From assembly GCA_041170685.1 (NCBI GenBank), contig JBEDNI010000001.1:1-32544 (forward strand): a stretch of DNA of 32,544 bases, read 5' to 3'. A program made the translations under genes and the position numbers. Source of the stretch: Bacteroidota bacterium (GTDB lineage: Bacteria; Bacteroidota; Bacteroidia; NS11-12g; UBA955). The notes beneath the pieces are model-generated. The model was not told where the DNA came from. It made no database searches and worked only from the letters and a program-made list of their open reading frames with translations. Shown piece after piece: positions 1 to 8,780 of the stretch; position 1 is the stretch's first letter; each line of letters begins with the position of its first letter.

Positions 1-2
1 CC

Positions 3-1355
3 CTTGATATCGGCTCACAAACACTAAACTTGTCTGCCGGTATTTCTCGCACCGCGGGCACTATAGCTGCATCTTCCGGCACCTTGGTATTTACAAACAC
101 CACTGCTCAAACTTTGCCATCTTCATTGTTTTCAAGCAATATAAATAACCTGACATTAAATGGCAGTGGAGGTATAATCTTGGGCAATGCATCAACATTA
201 ACAGGCACATTGACCCTCACGTCTGGTGTGCTCACTACCACATCATCCAATTTGCTTACCTTGGCTTCAGGAGCAAGTGTTTCCGGTGTTTCCAACAGCT
301 CTTTTGTGCATGGTCCGGTAAAAAAAGTAGGCAACACGGACTTTACTTTTCCTGTGGGGTCCATCGGCACCGGGTATCAACCGATACAAATAACCAACTT
401 TGCAGGCACTACGTCATCAACAGACGCTTTTACCGCAGAATATAAGCGAAGTTCTGCCGCAGGTGTGGGTACCAATATCAATAGTCCTGTTAACAGGGTT
501 TCTTTTTGTGAATATTGGCAGCTAGACCGAACCACCGGTACTCCCACAGTAGATGTAACCCTCCATTTCAACACCAATAGCGGCTGTGGCGGTGGTGTGC
601 CCGCAGATTACCTTGCCGGAAACAGTGGCCTGCTCTCCGAACTGAGGGTTTGCCGCTGGGACGGGACACAGTGGGTAAACTATAGCACTTCATATACTGG
701 AACAGCACCCAATGTGACATTAACAGCCACTGGGATCAGCTCTTTTAGCCCTTTTACCGTGGGATCCACGGGTTTGGCGCCGCTACCACTGAAATTGCTC
801 TCTTTCAACGGTGTTAAAAAAGATGGAAAGGTATATCTCAACTGGACAACACTGGATGAAACCAACATGAAATCTATCGTTTTACAGAGCAGTTCAGATG
901 GTGAAATTGTCGAAAAAGTAACAGAATTACTGGCCCAAAACACCTTGCACAACCTTTACACATTCACAGATACTTCTGATATGATGAAAAGAACGTATCA
1001 ATCACAAAACCACCGTTACTACCGACTTGAATTTGTTAATCTGGATCAGAGTGTCGAACAATCATCATGGATCAGTGTAACCGACAACGAGTTGATTAAG
1101 ATTAAGCCTCAATTTAGGGTTTATCCCAATCCGGCTAGCGGCAATGGATTTAATATTTACCCCACTAATTCAAGTTGTTCTTTTGCAACCATAAGGCTAA
1201 TAGACAATGCGGGTAAATTGATATTACAGCAAAAGATAAATTTTAAAAATCCATATAAGGTTCCTGTCGATGGCTTAAAAACTGGGCTGTATACCTTAAT
1301 GATAATTTTATCCGATGGTTCTGTTGAAAACCATAAAATAATCATTCAGCCTTAA
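3..1355 (+). CDS. Cell-surface protein with T9SS type A (Por) C-terminal sorting domain; 5' end truncated by the window edge
   Basis: The frame is open from nt 3, so the TTG at 30 is probably not the start. The N-terminal part has Thr/Ser/Gly/Leu-rich beta-helix-like repeats (LTLNGSGGIILGNASTLTGTLTLTSGVLTT). The last 81 aa (nt 1110-1352), QFRVYPNPASGNGFNIY...GLYTLMIILSDGSVENHKIIIQP, match the type A CTD pattern (YPNPA...G.Y). Confidence 0.85.
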   Translation, partial: LDIGSQTLNLSAGISRTAGTIAASSGTLVFTNTTAQTLPSSLFSSNINNLTLNGSGGIILGNASTLTGTLTLTSGVLTTTSSNLLTLASGASVSGVSNSSFVHGPVKKVGNTDFTFPVGSIGTGYQPIQITNFAGTTSSTDAFTAEYKRSSAAGVGTNINSPVNRVSFCEYWQLDRTTGTPTVDVTLHFNTNSGCGGGVPADYLAGNSGLLSELRVCRWDGTQWVNYSTSYTGTAPNVTLTATGISSFSPFTVGSTGLAPLPLKLLSFNGVKKDGKVYLNWTTLDETNMKSIVLQSSSDGEIVEKVTELLAQNTLHNLYTFTDTSDMMKRTYQSQNHRYYRLEFVNLDQSVEQSSWISVTDNELIKIKPQFRVYPNPASGNGFNIYPTNSSCSFATIRLIDNAGKLILQQKINFKNPYKVPVDGLKTGLYTLMIILSDGSVENHKIIIQP

Positions 1356-1367
1356 CCTTAATCTCAG

Positions 1368-1375
1368 TAAATTTG
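1368..1375 (+). promoter_or_regulatory. Putative -7 box (TAAATTTG) upstream of the type B CTD gene
   Basis: Exact TAnnTTTG match in the 24-nt gap after the upstream gene, ending 4 nt before GTG 1380. Confidence 0.25.
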
Positions 1376-1379
1376 CGTT

Positions 1380-3275
1380 GTGCGTCAGCTCTTGCTACTT
1401 TCTTTTTTTTGTGTTTGTGTTAGCAAGATGATAGCCCAGCCCTGCAAATCTATTCGAAACAGCTCCAAAGCACTTACTTCAAAATGCGTTAAAATTCGCT
1501 CCATCCTGGTAGATGCCTGTGGCAATCCAGAAGGAGAAAATGAAATTGTTCTGTTTGAAACCGGTAAAAATCCGGTCTCTATGGCATCCATCAGTGTGAA
1601 ATGGGCCAACACTACGAATAAGTGGCTGGGGCTAACCCAATCAACGGCTACAGCGGCGTTGGTTTCGGATATCAACGCCACCATTACCGGCTGCGGAAAA
1701 CTGCTGGAGCCCTCTGGTTTTACCATACCTGCCAACAAAAAGGTATATTTATTTACTTCCACCAATTTTATTGTTGGTTCCAATCAGTTCACCAATCTAT
1801 CGGATACAGCATATGCTATTTTTCAGCGGGCTGGCAATACCGCAGGGCATTTTGCCAATTATTCAACGCCATCCGGTTTGCGCACAACCATACTTTCAAT
1901 ATTGGGTTACTGCAGTGATACTGCTGTGTACGATAAAGTGAAAATGGTGAAGCAGAATGGCAATGTGGGCGCTGAAGATGGAGGTTATGTCAGTTTTGAC
2001 AGTGCAGGTAATCCAAGTTATCTTAATGATGGTTGCAGTGCGCCGGTAGATCCGCTTAAAGTAACTGCTTCTACCCTAAATGGAATTGATTTTTGTCCGG
2101 GAGACTATGTGATGCTGAAAGGTACTGTTTCAGGTGGCTTATGTTTTGTGTGGCGCTCAGCCACCGGGCGTTTTTCGGATACCACATCGCTTCTTCCCAC
2201 CTATTATCCCGATTTCACAAACCCATCTTCACCCGAACTGTGGCTGTACAGCTGCAATAGTAGCATTAAAGCCACTGTCAGTTACAATATCAAAAGCAAA
2301 CAGCCGGTATTCGCAGGCAATGACACACAGTTGTGTGCCGGAAGTGTTTTACCTTTGAAAATGACTTCAGGTTCAGGGCCTGTTTTGTGGAAGGCGGTAG
2401 GGGGAACGGGAATGATTCAAAATAGTGCTTCATCGGCTACAAGCTATAAACCATCAGCAAGCGATACAGCGGCATTTTTTATACTGCGGGCGTACAATGG
2501 ATGCAGCATTTCGGAAGACACCTTTAAGGCGGTGTGGATTCAAAAAAACAAACCCGATTTTCAATTGTCAGATTCTGTGATTTGTCAGAATTCGGATTCG
2601 GTTTTTTTGATGCCTCTCAATAAGGGCGGTGTTTTTAAGGGATTAACACTTTCTTCAACACCTGCACATTGGCCATCTATTCCCGGTCGCTACCGCATCG
2701 TTTACGTAACCAGCAACAAAGGATGCCTGGATTCTTCGGTACAATACCTGACAGTCCATCCCATACCCGATCCGCGATTTGACTTTTTACCCAATGATAC
2801 TGTCAATGTAGGAGAAATAATTATTGCATTGCCTCTTCAAACAGGTGTTTACAGGCATGTTTGGTCTGAAAGTGGAAACCCCATAACGTGGCCTTTTCCC
2901 ACTTTCAGGGAAGGACAATTGAGGATTTTACATACCATAACGGATTCCATTACGGGTTGCAGTGATACGTTTTCATCCACGATTACTGTGCTTGCCCCTG
3001 AGGACTTCAGCATGACCAATATTTTTACACCCAATGGCGATGGTAAAAACGATGTTTTCAACTTCCGGGGCACCGGCATTACGACTTCACAGCTGCGTGT
3101 TTTCAATCGTTGGGGTGAACTATTGTTTGAGAGCAATGACGCCAAAACCAGCTGGAATGGCAAAACCATGCAAGGTGTGAATTGTCCGGAGGGGACCTAC
3201 TTCTGGCAAATGAGCTATACATTGCGCAGCGGTAAGTACGGTAAACACAGCGGTTCTGTGAATTTGATACGCTAA
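1380..3275 (+). CDS. Secreted protein with T9SS type B sorting domain (gliding-motility-associated C-terminal domain, CHU_C type)
   Basis: GTG start with signal peptide MRQLLLLSFFCVCVSKMIA|Q. The C-terminal 85 aa (nt 3018-3272), NIFTPNGDGKNDVFNFRG...RVFNRWGELLFES...WNGK...GTYFW, is the classic type B CTD signature. Confidence 0.85.
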   Translation: MRQLLLLSFFCVCVSKMIAQPCKSIRNSSKALTSKCVKIRSILVDACGNPEGENEIVLFETGKNPVSMASISVKWANTTNKWLGLTQSTATAALVSDINATITGCGKLLEPSGFTIPANKKVYLFTSTNFIVGSNQFTNLSDTAYAIFQRAGNTAGHFANYSTPSGLRTTILSILGYCSDTAVYDKVKMVKQNGNVGAEDGGYVSFDSAGNPSYLNDGCSAPVDPLKVTASTLNGIDFCPGDYVMLKGTVSGGLCFVWRSATGRFSDTTSLLPTYYPDFTNPSSPELWLYSCNSSIKATVSYNIKSKQPVFAGNDTQLCAGSVLPLKMTSGSGPVLWKAVGGTGMIQNSASSATSYKPSASDTAAFFILRAYNGCSISEDTFKAVWIQKNKPDFQLSDSVICQNSDSVFLMPLNKGGVFKGLTLSSTPAHWPSIPGRYRIVYVTSNKGCLDSSVQYLTVHPIPDPRFDFLPNDTVNVGEIIIALPLQTGVYRHVWSESGNPITWPFPTFREGQLRILHTITDSITGCSDTFSSTITVLAPEDFSMTNIFTPNGDGKNDVFNFRGTGITTSQLRVFNRWGELLFESNDAKTSWNGKTMQGVNCPEGTYFWQMSYTLRSGKYGKHSGSVNLIR

Positions 3276-3301
3276 CTCCATTTTGTGGCTATCTTCGCAC
3301 A

Positions 3302-3715
3302 ATGCCCCGCATACTGGCTTTTGACTACGGAATGAAAAGAACCGGCATTGCGGTTACCGACCCCCTTAAAATGATTGCAAGCCCGCTTATGGCCGTTGAA
3401 ACCGATAAGTTGCATCTTTGGCTACAGCAATACCTTGCATCGGAAGCGGTAGAAGCATTTGTGGTAGGGCTTCCCAGCCGATTGAGTGGTGAAGATACCC
3501 ATGCCACCAGGCCTGTATTGAACTTTATTGAAAAGTTAAACGAAGTTTATCCTGATATACCTGTTTATACCATCGATGAGCGGCTGAGCAGCCGAGAGGC
3601 CAAACAAAGCATCATCAACAGCGGGGCAGGAAAACAAAAGCGTGCCGATAAGAAATTATTGGATACCGTGAGCGCAACCTTAATTTTGCAAACCCATCTT
3701 CAAAAAATTTCATGA
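3302..3715 (+). CDS. ruvX: Holliday junction resolvase-like nuclease RuvX (YqgF)
   Basis: 137 aa. The N-terminus MPRILAFDYGMKRTGIAVTD is the YqgF signature. It overlaps def in an ATGA arrangement. Confidence 0.9.
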   Translation: MPRILAFDYGMKRTGIAVTDPLKMIASPLMAVETDKLHLWLQQYLASEAVEAFVVGLPSRLSGEDTHATRPVLNFIEKLNEVYPDIPVYTIDERLSSREAKQSIINSGAGKQKRADKKLLDTVSATLILQTHLQKIS

Positions 3716-4263
3716 TACTGCCTGTATATGCTTATGGTCAGCCTGTTTTACGGCAAAAAGCCAAAGAAATAGATAAGGATTACCCCAATCTGCAAGGACT
3801 CATCGCAGATATGTTCGAAACCATGTATGCCAGCAATGGTATCGGTCTGGCAGCTCCGCAGATAGGGTTGGGGATTCGTCTTTTTATTACAGACGGTTCC
3901 GAAATAGAAGATATTAAACCCGAGGGGTTTAAACAGGTGTTTATTAACCCCCAGATTCTTGAGGAATTTGATGAAAAATGGGATTACGAAGAGGGCTGTC
4001 TCAGTATCCCCCAGGTGCGCGCCGATGTGAACCGCCACAGCAAACTGGTATTGCGATATTTTGATGAAAACTGGCAGGAGCATACGCATGAATTTGAGGG
4101 AATGGCCGCACGTATTATTCAGCATGAATATGATCATGTAGAAGGTATTTTGTTCACAGATCGCATTCATCCGCTCAAACGAACCATGTTGAAGTCTCGT
4201 CTTAATAGTATCAGTATGGGGAGAGTGAATGTTTCTTACAAAATGAAATTCCCAAAAAAATAA
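3712..4263 (+). CDS. def: Peptide deformylase
   Basis: All three PDF motifs are present: GIGLAAPQIG, EGCLSIP and QHEYDHVEG. Confidence 0.95.
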   Translation: MILPVYAYGQPVLRQKAKEIDKDYPNLQGLIADMFETMYASNGIGLAAPQIGLGIRLFITDGSEIEDIKPEGFKQVFINPQILEEFDEKWDYEEGCLSIPQVRADVNRHSKLVLRYFDENWQEHTHEFEGMAARIIQHEYDHVEGILFTDRIHPLKRTMLKSRLNSISMGRVNVSYKMKFPKK

Positions 4264-4276
4264 ATCAACTCAACAC

Positions 4277-5137
4277 ATGGTGGATCAGGGTAAACCGGCA
4301 TTTCGATATTACTGGATTCTGTTGCGCCCCCTTAATCTGGGCATCATTATTCTCACCATGACATTGTTCATGTTCCATGCCTCACAATGGAATGTTCATA
4401 ATCTGCGCTGGCCAGATGCTTTGTTTGCAGTGCTCGCTGTACTTTTTACGGCTGCTGCAGGTTATGTAATCAATGACATACTTGATATTGAAGAGGATAT
4501 CATCAACAAGCCTGAGAAACGCATTATTGCCAAACATATCAGCATTCGGTCAGGTATCATTTTCTATATCATTTTATTGCTGGGTTCTTTGGCGTTCGGA
4601 TTTTTAACAGGACTAAGCATGGGATTGGTCTGCCTCATGATTTCAGTATTACTCTACTTTTACTCCTCCGATCTGAAGGGTACCACACTTTGGGGTAATT
4701 TCCTGGTTTCGCTAATGAATGGGGTGGTGGTGTTTTTTTCTGCTCAGGGTGTAGATGAAAAGTTTAACGGATATTTTGCTGAATATGCATTTTTAGCTTT
4801 TCTAATCACGATGGTGAGGGAAGTGGTAAAAGATATTGAAGATATGGAGGGAGATAAATCACGCGATTATGAGACGTTTCCTATCATCTACGGAGCCCGT
4901 AAATCCGTTTGGCTGGGTATGGGAATTCTCACCCTGCTTAATTTTCACATGGTGTATCTGATCACTGAAAGTAAGAATTTGTACTTTGGTGTTTTTAGCG
5001 TTGTATTTGTGTTGCTGCCGGTATTTTATTTTTACCATCAGTTATTGACTGCTGACGAAAAAGCCGATTACACGCGAATTCAGCGCCGGTTAAAATGGCT
5101 GATGGTCAGTGGGATATTATCCGTTGTTTTTTTGTGA
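4277..5137 (+). CDS. UbiA-family polyprenyltransferase, integral membrane; resembles the Bacteroidota group usually annotated as geranylgeranylglycerol-phosphate geranylgeranyltransferase
   Basis: 286 aa with multiple hydrophobic helices. First Asp-rich motif is NDILDIEEDIINKPEKR (NDxxDxxxD); second is KDIEDMEGDK. Confidence 0.75.
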   Translation: MVDQGKPAFRYYWILLRPLNLGIIILTMTLFMFHASQWNVHNLRWPDALFAVLAVLFTAAAGYVINDILDIEEDIINKPEKRIIAKHISIRSGIIFYIILLLGSLAFGFLTGLSMGLVCLMISVLLYFYSSDLKGTTLWGNFLVSLMNGVVVFFSAQGVDEKFNGYFAEYAFLAFLITMVREVVKDIEDMEGDKSRDYETFPIIYGARKSVWLGMGILTLLNFHMVYLITESKNLYFGVFSVVFVLLPVFYFYHQLLTADEKADYTRIQRRLKWLMVSGILSVVFL

Positions 5138-5698
5138 TTCCCAGCCTGAAGCTAACGATGTCAATTCTGCAAACCATGCTTCACCCATTTTACGGATGAG
5201 GGCATCTTTAAGAAAAACATAAACAGGAACATTATAGTTTTCGCCGCGTTTGCAAGCCGGTTCGCAAATATCCCAACGATGGTAGTTCAGGGCCGTGTAT
5301 TCGCCGTATTGCTTGACACGAATAGGGTAGAGGTGACAGCTAATGGGCTTTTTAAAGCTTGTTTTGCCTGCTTTATGTGCATTTTCAATACCACAGGTGG
5401 CTGTCAAACCATCATACACCAGAAATGAGCATTCACCATCGGGTAAACAGGTTGTTACAGATTCTCCGTCGGGATCTGTAGTATGGAAACCCTGAGACTC
5501 AATATTTCTTAAACCGTCTTCTGATAGGAAAGGTTTGATAGACGGAAATTCATTTTCAATGATTTCAATTTCCTGTGAAAGGAGTGGGGCACCTGCATCA
5601 CCTTTTACACAACAGGCACCCAGACAGGCCCTGGTATCGCAGGCAAATTTTTTTTCAATAATGTCTTCAGAAACTAGGGCGTTTCCAACAATCAGCAT
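5117..5698 (-). CDS. DUF3109-family Cys-rich protein
   Basis: 193 aa. The N-terminus, ...FACDTRACLGACCVKGDAGAPL..., is typical of Bacteroidota DUF3109 proteins by my recollection. Its start overlaps the purE stop (TGATG). Confidence 0.65.
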   Translation of the reverse strand: MLIVGNALVSEDIIEKKFACDTRACLGACCVKGDAGAPLLSQEIEIIENEFPSIKPFLSEDGLRNIESQGFHTTDPDGESVTTCLPDGECSFLVYDGLTATCGIENAHKAGKTSFKKPISCHLYPIRVKQYGEYTALNYHRWDICEPACKRGENYNVPVYVFLKDALIRKMGEAWFAELTSLASGWESQKNNG

Positions 5699-6219
5699 CA
5701 GATATTTTCTTGTTTATTCAGGAAATCTTCGTGACCCAGTTTTTCCAAACGTGTAGCTTTATCAATCACTTCCTCGCTGATGCGTTTTTTGTAATTCTTT
5801 ACTTTCTGAGCAATATTTTCATCCTGAGCACCTAGAATCTGTGCTGCCATAATACCGGCATTTCTGGCACCGTTTATTGCCATAGTGGCAACAGGAACAC
5901 CCGGAGGCATCTGTACGATGCTGTAAAGACTGTCAATGCCGCTGAGGTTGCTGCTTTTTACCGGCACACCAATCACAGGGAGGTGGGTAATACTGGCCAC
6001 CATTCCGGGTAAATGGGCTGCACCGCCTGCCCCGGCTATAATAACCTTGATTCCTTTTTCGGGGGCTTTGGTCGCATAGTCAAACATCCGTTGGGGTGTT
6101 CTGTGTGCGGAAACAATCGTTAATTCATAAGAAATACCGAAATGCTCGAGCATGCGCGCTGCTTCCTGCATTACCGGAAGATCGCTGTCGCTGCCCATGA
6201 TGATACCTACTTTAGCCAT
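5698..6219 (-). CDS. purE: 5-(carboxyamino)imidazole ribonucleotide mutase (N5-CAIR mutase)
   Basis: [20 protein letters not shown] and [12 protein letters not shown] are PurE class I signatures. Confidence 0.95.
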   Translation of the reverse strand: MAKVGIIMGSDSDLPVMQEAARMLEHFGISYELTIVSAHRTPQRMFDYATKAPEKGIKVIIAGAGGAAHLPGMVASITHLPVIGVPVKSSNLSGIDSLYSIVQMPPGVPVATMAINGARNAGIMAAQILGAQDENIAQKVKNYKKRISEEVIDKATRLEKLGHEDFLNKQENI

Positions 6220-6952
6220 GATTGGATTGGGTTACAAAGTTCGCAATAATTGACCATAAAACATAAATCAGTAAAAAAGGTATGCCGGCATACACCCCAA
6301 AAATGGGCACACAAATCAGTCCAAGCATAGGAACTGCTATTTTCCAGAGCAGCAGCGGATCACCTTTCTTAAACTTTAATGACAGCATAGGCCATTCCGA
6401 AACCATGAGATAAGCCGCAATAATGGGAGCAAAACTGAAGAAATAGGGATGCTCAAAAACGGCTTTAAATACGCCATCGTTCGTGTTTTCAAATGCCAAG
6501 ATCAAAGATCCGAATGCGAGGCCTGTGATGGGTGTGGGAACACCCAGGAAGCCCGTTTTCTGGCGGGTATCTATGTTGAAATTTGCCAGTCGCCAGGCCC
6601 CGGCCAGCGGTAAGGCCAGCCATGCGTAACGCGAAGTGCAAAATCCATTGGGCATGCAATACCCTTTTTCAAGGGTGTAATGTAACATCACCAGACCGGG
6701 CAGGAGGGCAAATGTGATGAGATCGGCCAGTGAATCCAGCTGTTTGCCCAGTTCACCGTCAGCACCCAGCAGGCGTGCCACAAATCCATCTGCAAAATCA
6801 AGCAATGCGGCCAGCGCCATACAAATCAGTATACTGTTCATATCGCCCGCCATGAGTCTTTCTATTCCAATGGCCCCGCAGGAAAGATTTCCTAGGGTGA
6901 GTATATTGGGGAGGCCTTTCAGCGTTTCTTTCATGCTTAAATCAAAGGTCAA
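6212..6952 (-). CDS. pssA: CDP-diacylglycerol--serine O-phosphatidyltransferase (CDP-alcohol phosphatidyltransferase family)
   Basis: Multi-TM protein with the CDP-alcohol transferase motif [30 protein letters not shown] (DGx2ARx8Gx3Dx3D). The size (246 aa) is typical of Bacteroidota PssA. Confidence 0.8.
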   Translation of the reverse strand: MTFDLSMKETLKGLPNILTLGNLSCGAIGIERLMAGDMNSILICMALAALLDFADGFVARLLGADGELGKQLDSLADLITFALLPGLVMLHYTLEKGYCMPNGFCTSRYAWLALPLAGAWRLANFNIDTRQKTGFLGVPTPITGLAFGSLILAFENTNDGVFKAVFEHPYFFSFAPIIAAYLMVSEWPMLSLKFKKGDPLLLWKIAVPMLGLICVPIFGVYAGIPFLLIYVLWSIIANFVTQSNHG

Positions 6953-8780
6953 AGTTACAGAAAACAGAGAAACTGCTGCCTGTGAATTGCGTTTGAAGCA
7001 GGTTCTTGGAATAGTATAGGTTACTTTTTGCCATAAACCAGTCCTTGGGGCTTAAATCGTGGTGGTATCCGGCTGAAAATCCCAAATGAACAAATGGTAT
7101 AATCAGGTACTGCATTCTTGCCTGAAACCCCATACCCAAGGCATGGTTTTTAGCTACTTTCACAGGATCAGAGGAAGGTGTTAGAAAACCACCATCCAGA
7201 GGCCTGTATTTTAATTTCTCTGTAGCGTGAAATAGCAGTGGACCCGCATCCATGCTGAATTTTGCAATTTTTATGAAACGCCACCCCCAATAGGCCGTTG
7301 CTGACTGAATGGTATAGTTAAGGGTATACTGCTCATTTGCACGGTACAATTCTGTAGGTAAAGAGGAGTTCAATTGAACCGCTGTTGTAAAATTTTTATT
7401 GTTCCACTGAAGTCCCATTGAAAGCGGCCATTGATAGCCATTACGGGCTGTTTTTGCCGTATTAATATGGTTGTTTACATTGACGACAGTAGGGAGTGAA
7501 TAAAGCCCCAATCCCAGACTGAGCTGCAATGCCTGAATTTTATCTGACGGCTTATATTGAACCAAGGGGAATTTGCGGACTGCAATCAAAAAACCAAATC
7601 GTGAGGCCAGGGCAGGATTGCGTTTTTCATCGAGTTGTTTAATGCTAACAGCACCTCCGGGTGCTTCGGATAGCAACCGCTTAACTTCTGCTCTCTGTGC
7701 CGGATTTGCATCCGTATTTTCAGCGACGTCATTTTCCCTGTCTCCCTCATAAAAAACGCCCACACTTAGAACCTGGCTTTTTGACCTGAAATAGCGCTCA
7801 TTCAGTCTGTGTACGACACTTTGGTAAGCATACCAGCCACAATCTCCGTTCTGTATACTGTAAGATGCATGGCAGCGGCCAAACTGCCCGAAAAATCTTG
7901 CACCGGTATCGCTGTCAATGAGTCGGGTAAGTTTGCGGTAAATATGTTCTTCCCGCCAGGTGTAGTAAAATGCGCTACTGCGGTATTGATTCCATTGTTT
8001 GTATTCCCTTAACCCATTGATTCCGGTCTGAACTTCCGCATACTTTTTGCCCAGCCAATTTTTAAGTTCGGCATCCAGACTGTCAAAGTGCGAAACCATC
8101 AGGTCAATGCTCCTGTCAATTGAAAATGGGGGAGTACCCGACCGGTATTTCTCATTTCTGGATGTGACGTCAAACTCCTTTAATCCATCCTGTTTAATCC
8201 ATCCTGCCGCCTGGTGAACTGCGTGCACCGCAGAATACAAGTTATTGGGAACTCCTGATTTTGGTAGTAAATCGGATAATCGCAACAGGGCTATATCATT
8301 AAATCGCTCAACATCCACTCCGTGTATTTGAATTCGTTGTTCAGGAGACATTGTAAGGTTCCATGCACGAATGTTATCCAGAATTTTCATGTGTTCCACC
8401 GAGGTTGTGGCCTGAAGGCAATAGCGCTCAAGGGTATCCTGTTGATTTACGTAACGGTTGGCATACCAGCCCCGGGCTTCCCCAAGTTCGAGAATCAAAT
8501 GCCGAACGCCGGCTTTGTCATGCAGAAACTGCAGTAGTTTTAATTCAATTAATCCGTTGGTGGCAACGTGCAGGTGATTTTCACCGGAGATAAAAACCCT
8601 GTGCCCGGAAACTGCGGCCTTTAATTCTTCTAAGCCCGAGTAATCATCGGATTTTTGGAGATTGATTTTATGGAAAGGATGTTCAGCACCTGCAGCAATA
8701 TTGTTTCCTCCACTTTGTGGCTGTGCCACCAAATTGGATGCACAATACAGGAAAATTAAGGCCAGAACCCACCTCATCAT
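6942..8780 (-). CDS. Secreted two-domain protein, paralog A: erythromycin-esterase/ChaN/TraB (Tiki superfamily)-like N-domain with candidate catalytic residues intact, plus a beta-barrel-like C-terminal region
   Basis: Signal peptide MMRWVLALIFLYCASNLVA|Q. Motifs seen: GENH (nt 8574-8585), HLILELGEARGWYANRYV, HGVDVE, WREEHIYRKL and FGRCHAS. Residues ~415-612 have alternating hydrophobic, aromatic-rich strands. Coding status is solid; the functional call is by-eye motif matching only. Confidence 0.55.
   Translation of the reverse strand: MMRWVLALIFLYCASNLVAQPQSGGNNIAAGAEHPFHKINLQKSDDYSGLEELKAAVSGHRVFISGENHLHVATNGLIELKLLQFLHDKAGVRHLILELGEARGWYANRYVNQQDTLERYCLQATTSVEHMKILDNIRAWNLTMSPEQRIQIHGVDVERFNDIALLRLSDLLPKSGVPNNLYSAVHAVHQAAGWIKQDGLKEFDVTSRNEKYRSGTPPFSIDRSIDLMVSHFDSLDAELKNWLGKKYAEVQTGINGLREYKQWNQYRSSAFYYTWREEHIYRKLTRLIDSDTGARFFGQFGRCHASYSIQNGDCGWYAYQSVVHRLNERYFRSKSQVLSVGVFYEGDRENDVAENTDANPAQRAEVKRLLSEAPGGAVSIKQLDEKRNPALASRFGFLIAVRKFPLVQYKPSDKIQALQLSLGLGLYSLPTVVNVNNHINTAKTARNGYQWPLSMGLQWNNKNFTTAVQLNSSLPTELYRANEQYTLNYTIQSATAYWGWRFIKIAKFSMDAGPLLFHATEKLKYRPLDGGFLTPSSDPVKVAKNHALGMGFQARMQYLIIPFVHLGFSAGYHHDLSPKDWFMAKSNLYYSKNLLQTQFTGSSFSVFCNFDL

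Noticed and set aside
1403-1410. T8 homopolymer tracts on the coding strand in the signal-peptide regions of surface or secreted genes, considered as slipped-strand phase-variation switches. They occur at 1403-1410, at 30392-30399 in the giant adhesin, and at 18072-18079 in the 253-aa protein.
   Set aside because: The tracts are explained by Phe-Phe(-Leu/Ile) codons (TTT TTT) in hydrophobic signal peptides of an AT-leaning genome. Eight nucleotides is short for efficient slippage, and a similar run occurs inside cytoplasmic ddl (22683-22690). They are most likely compositional.
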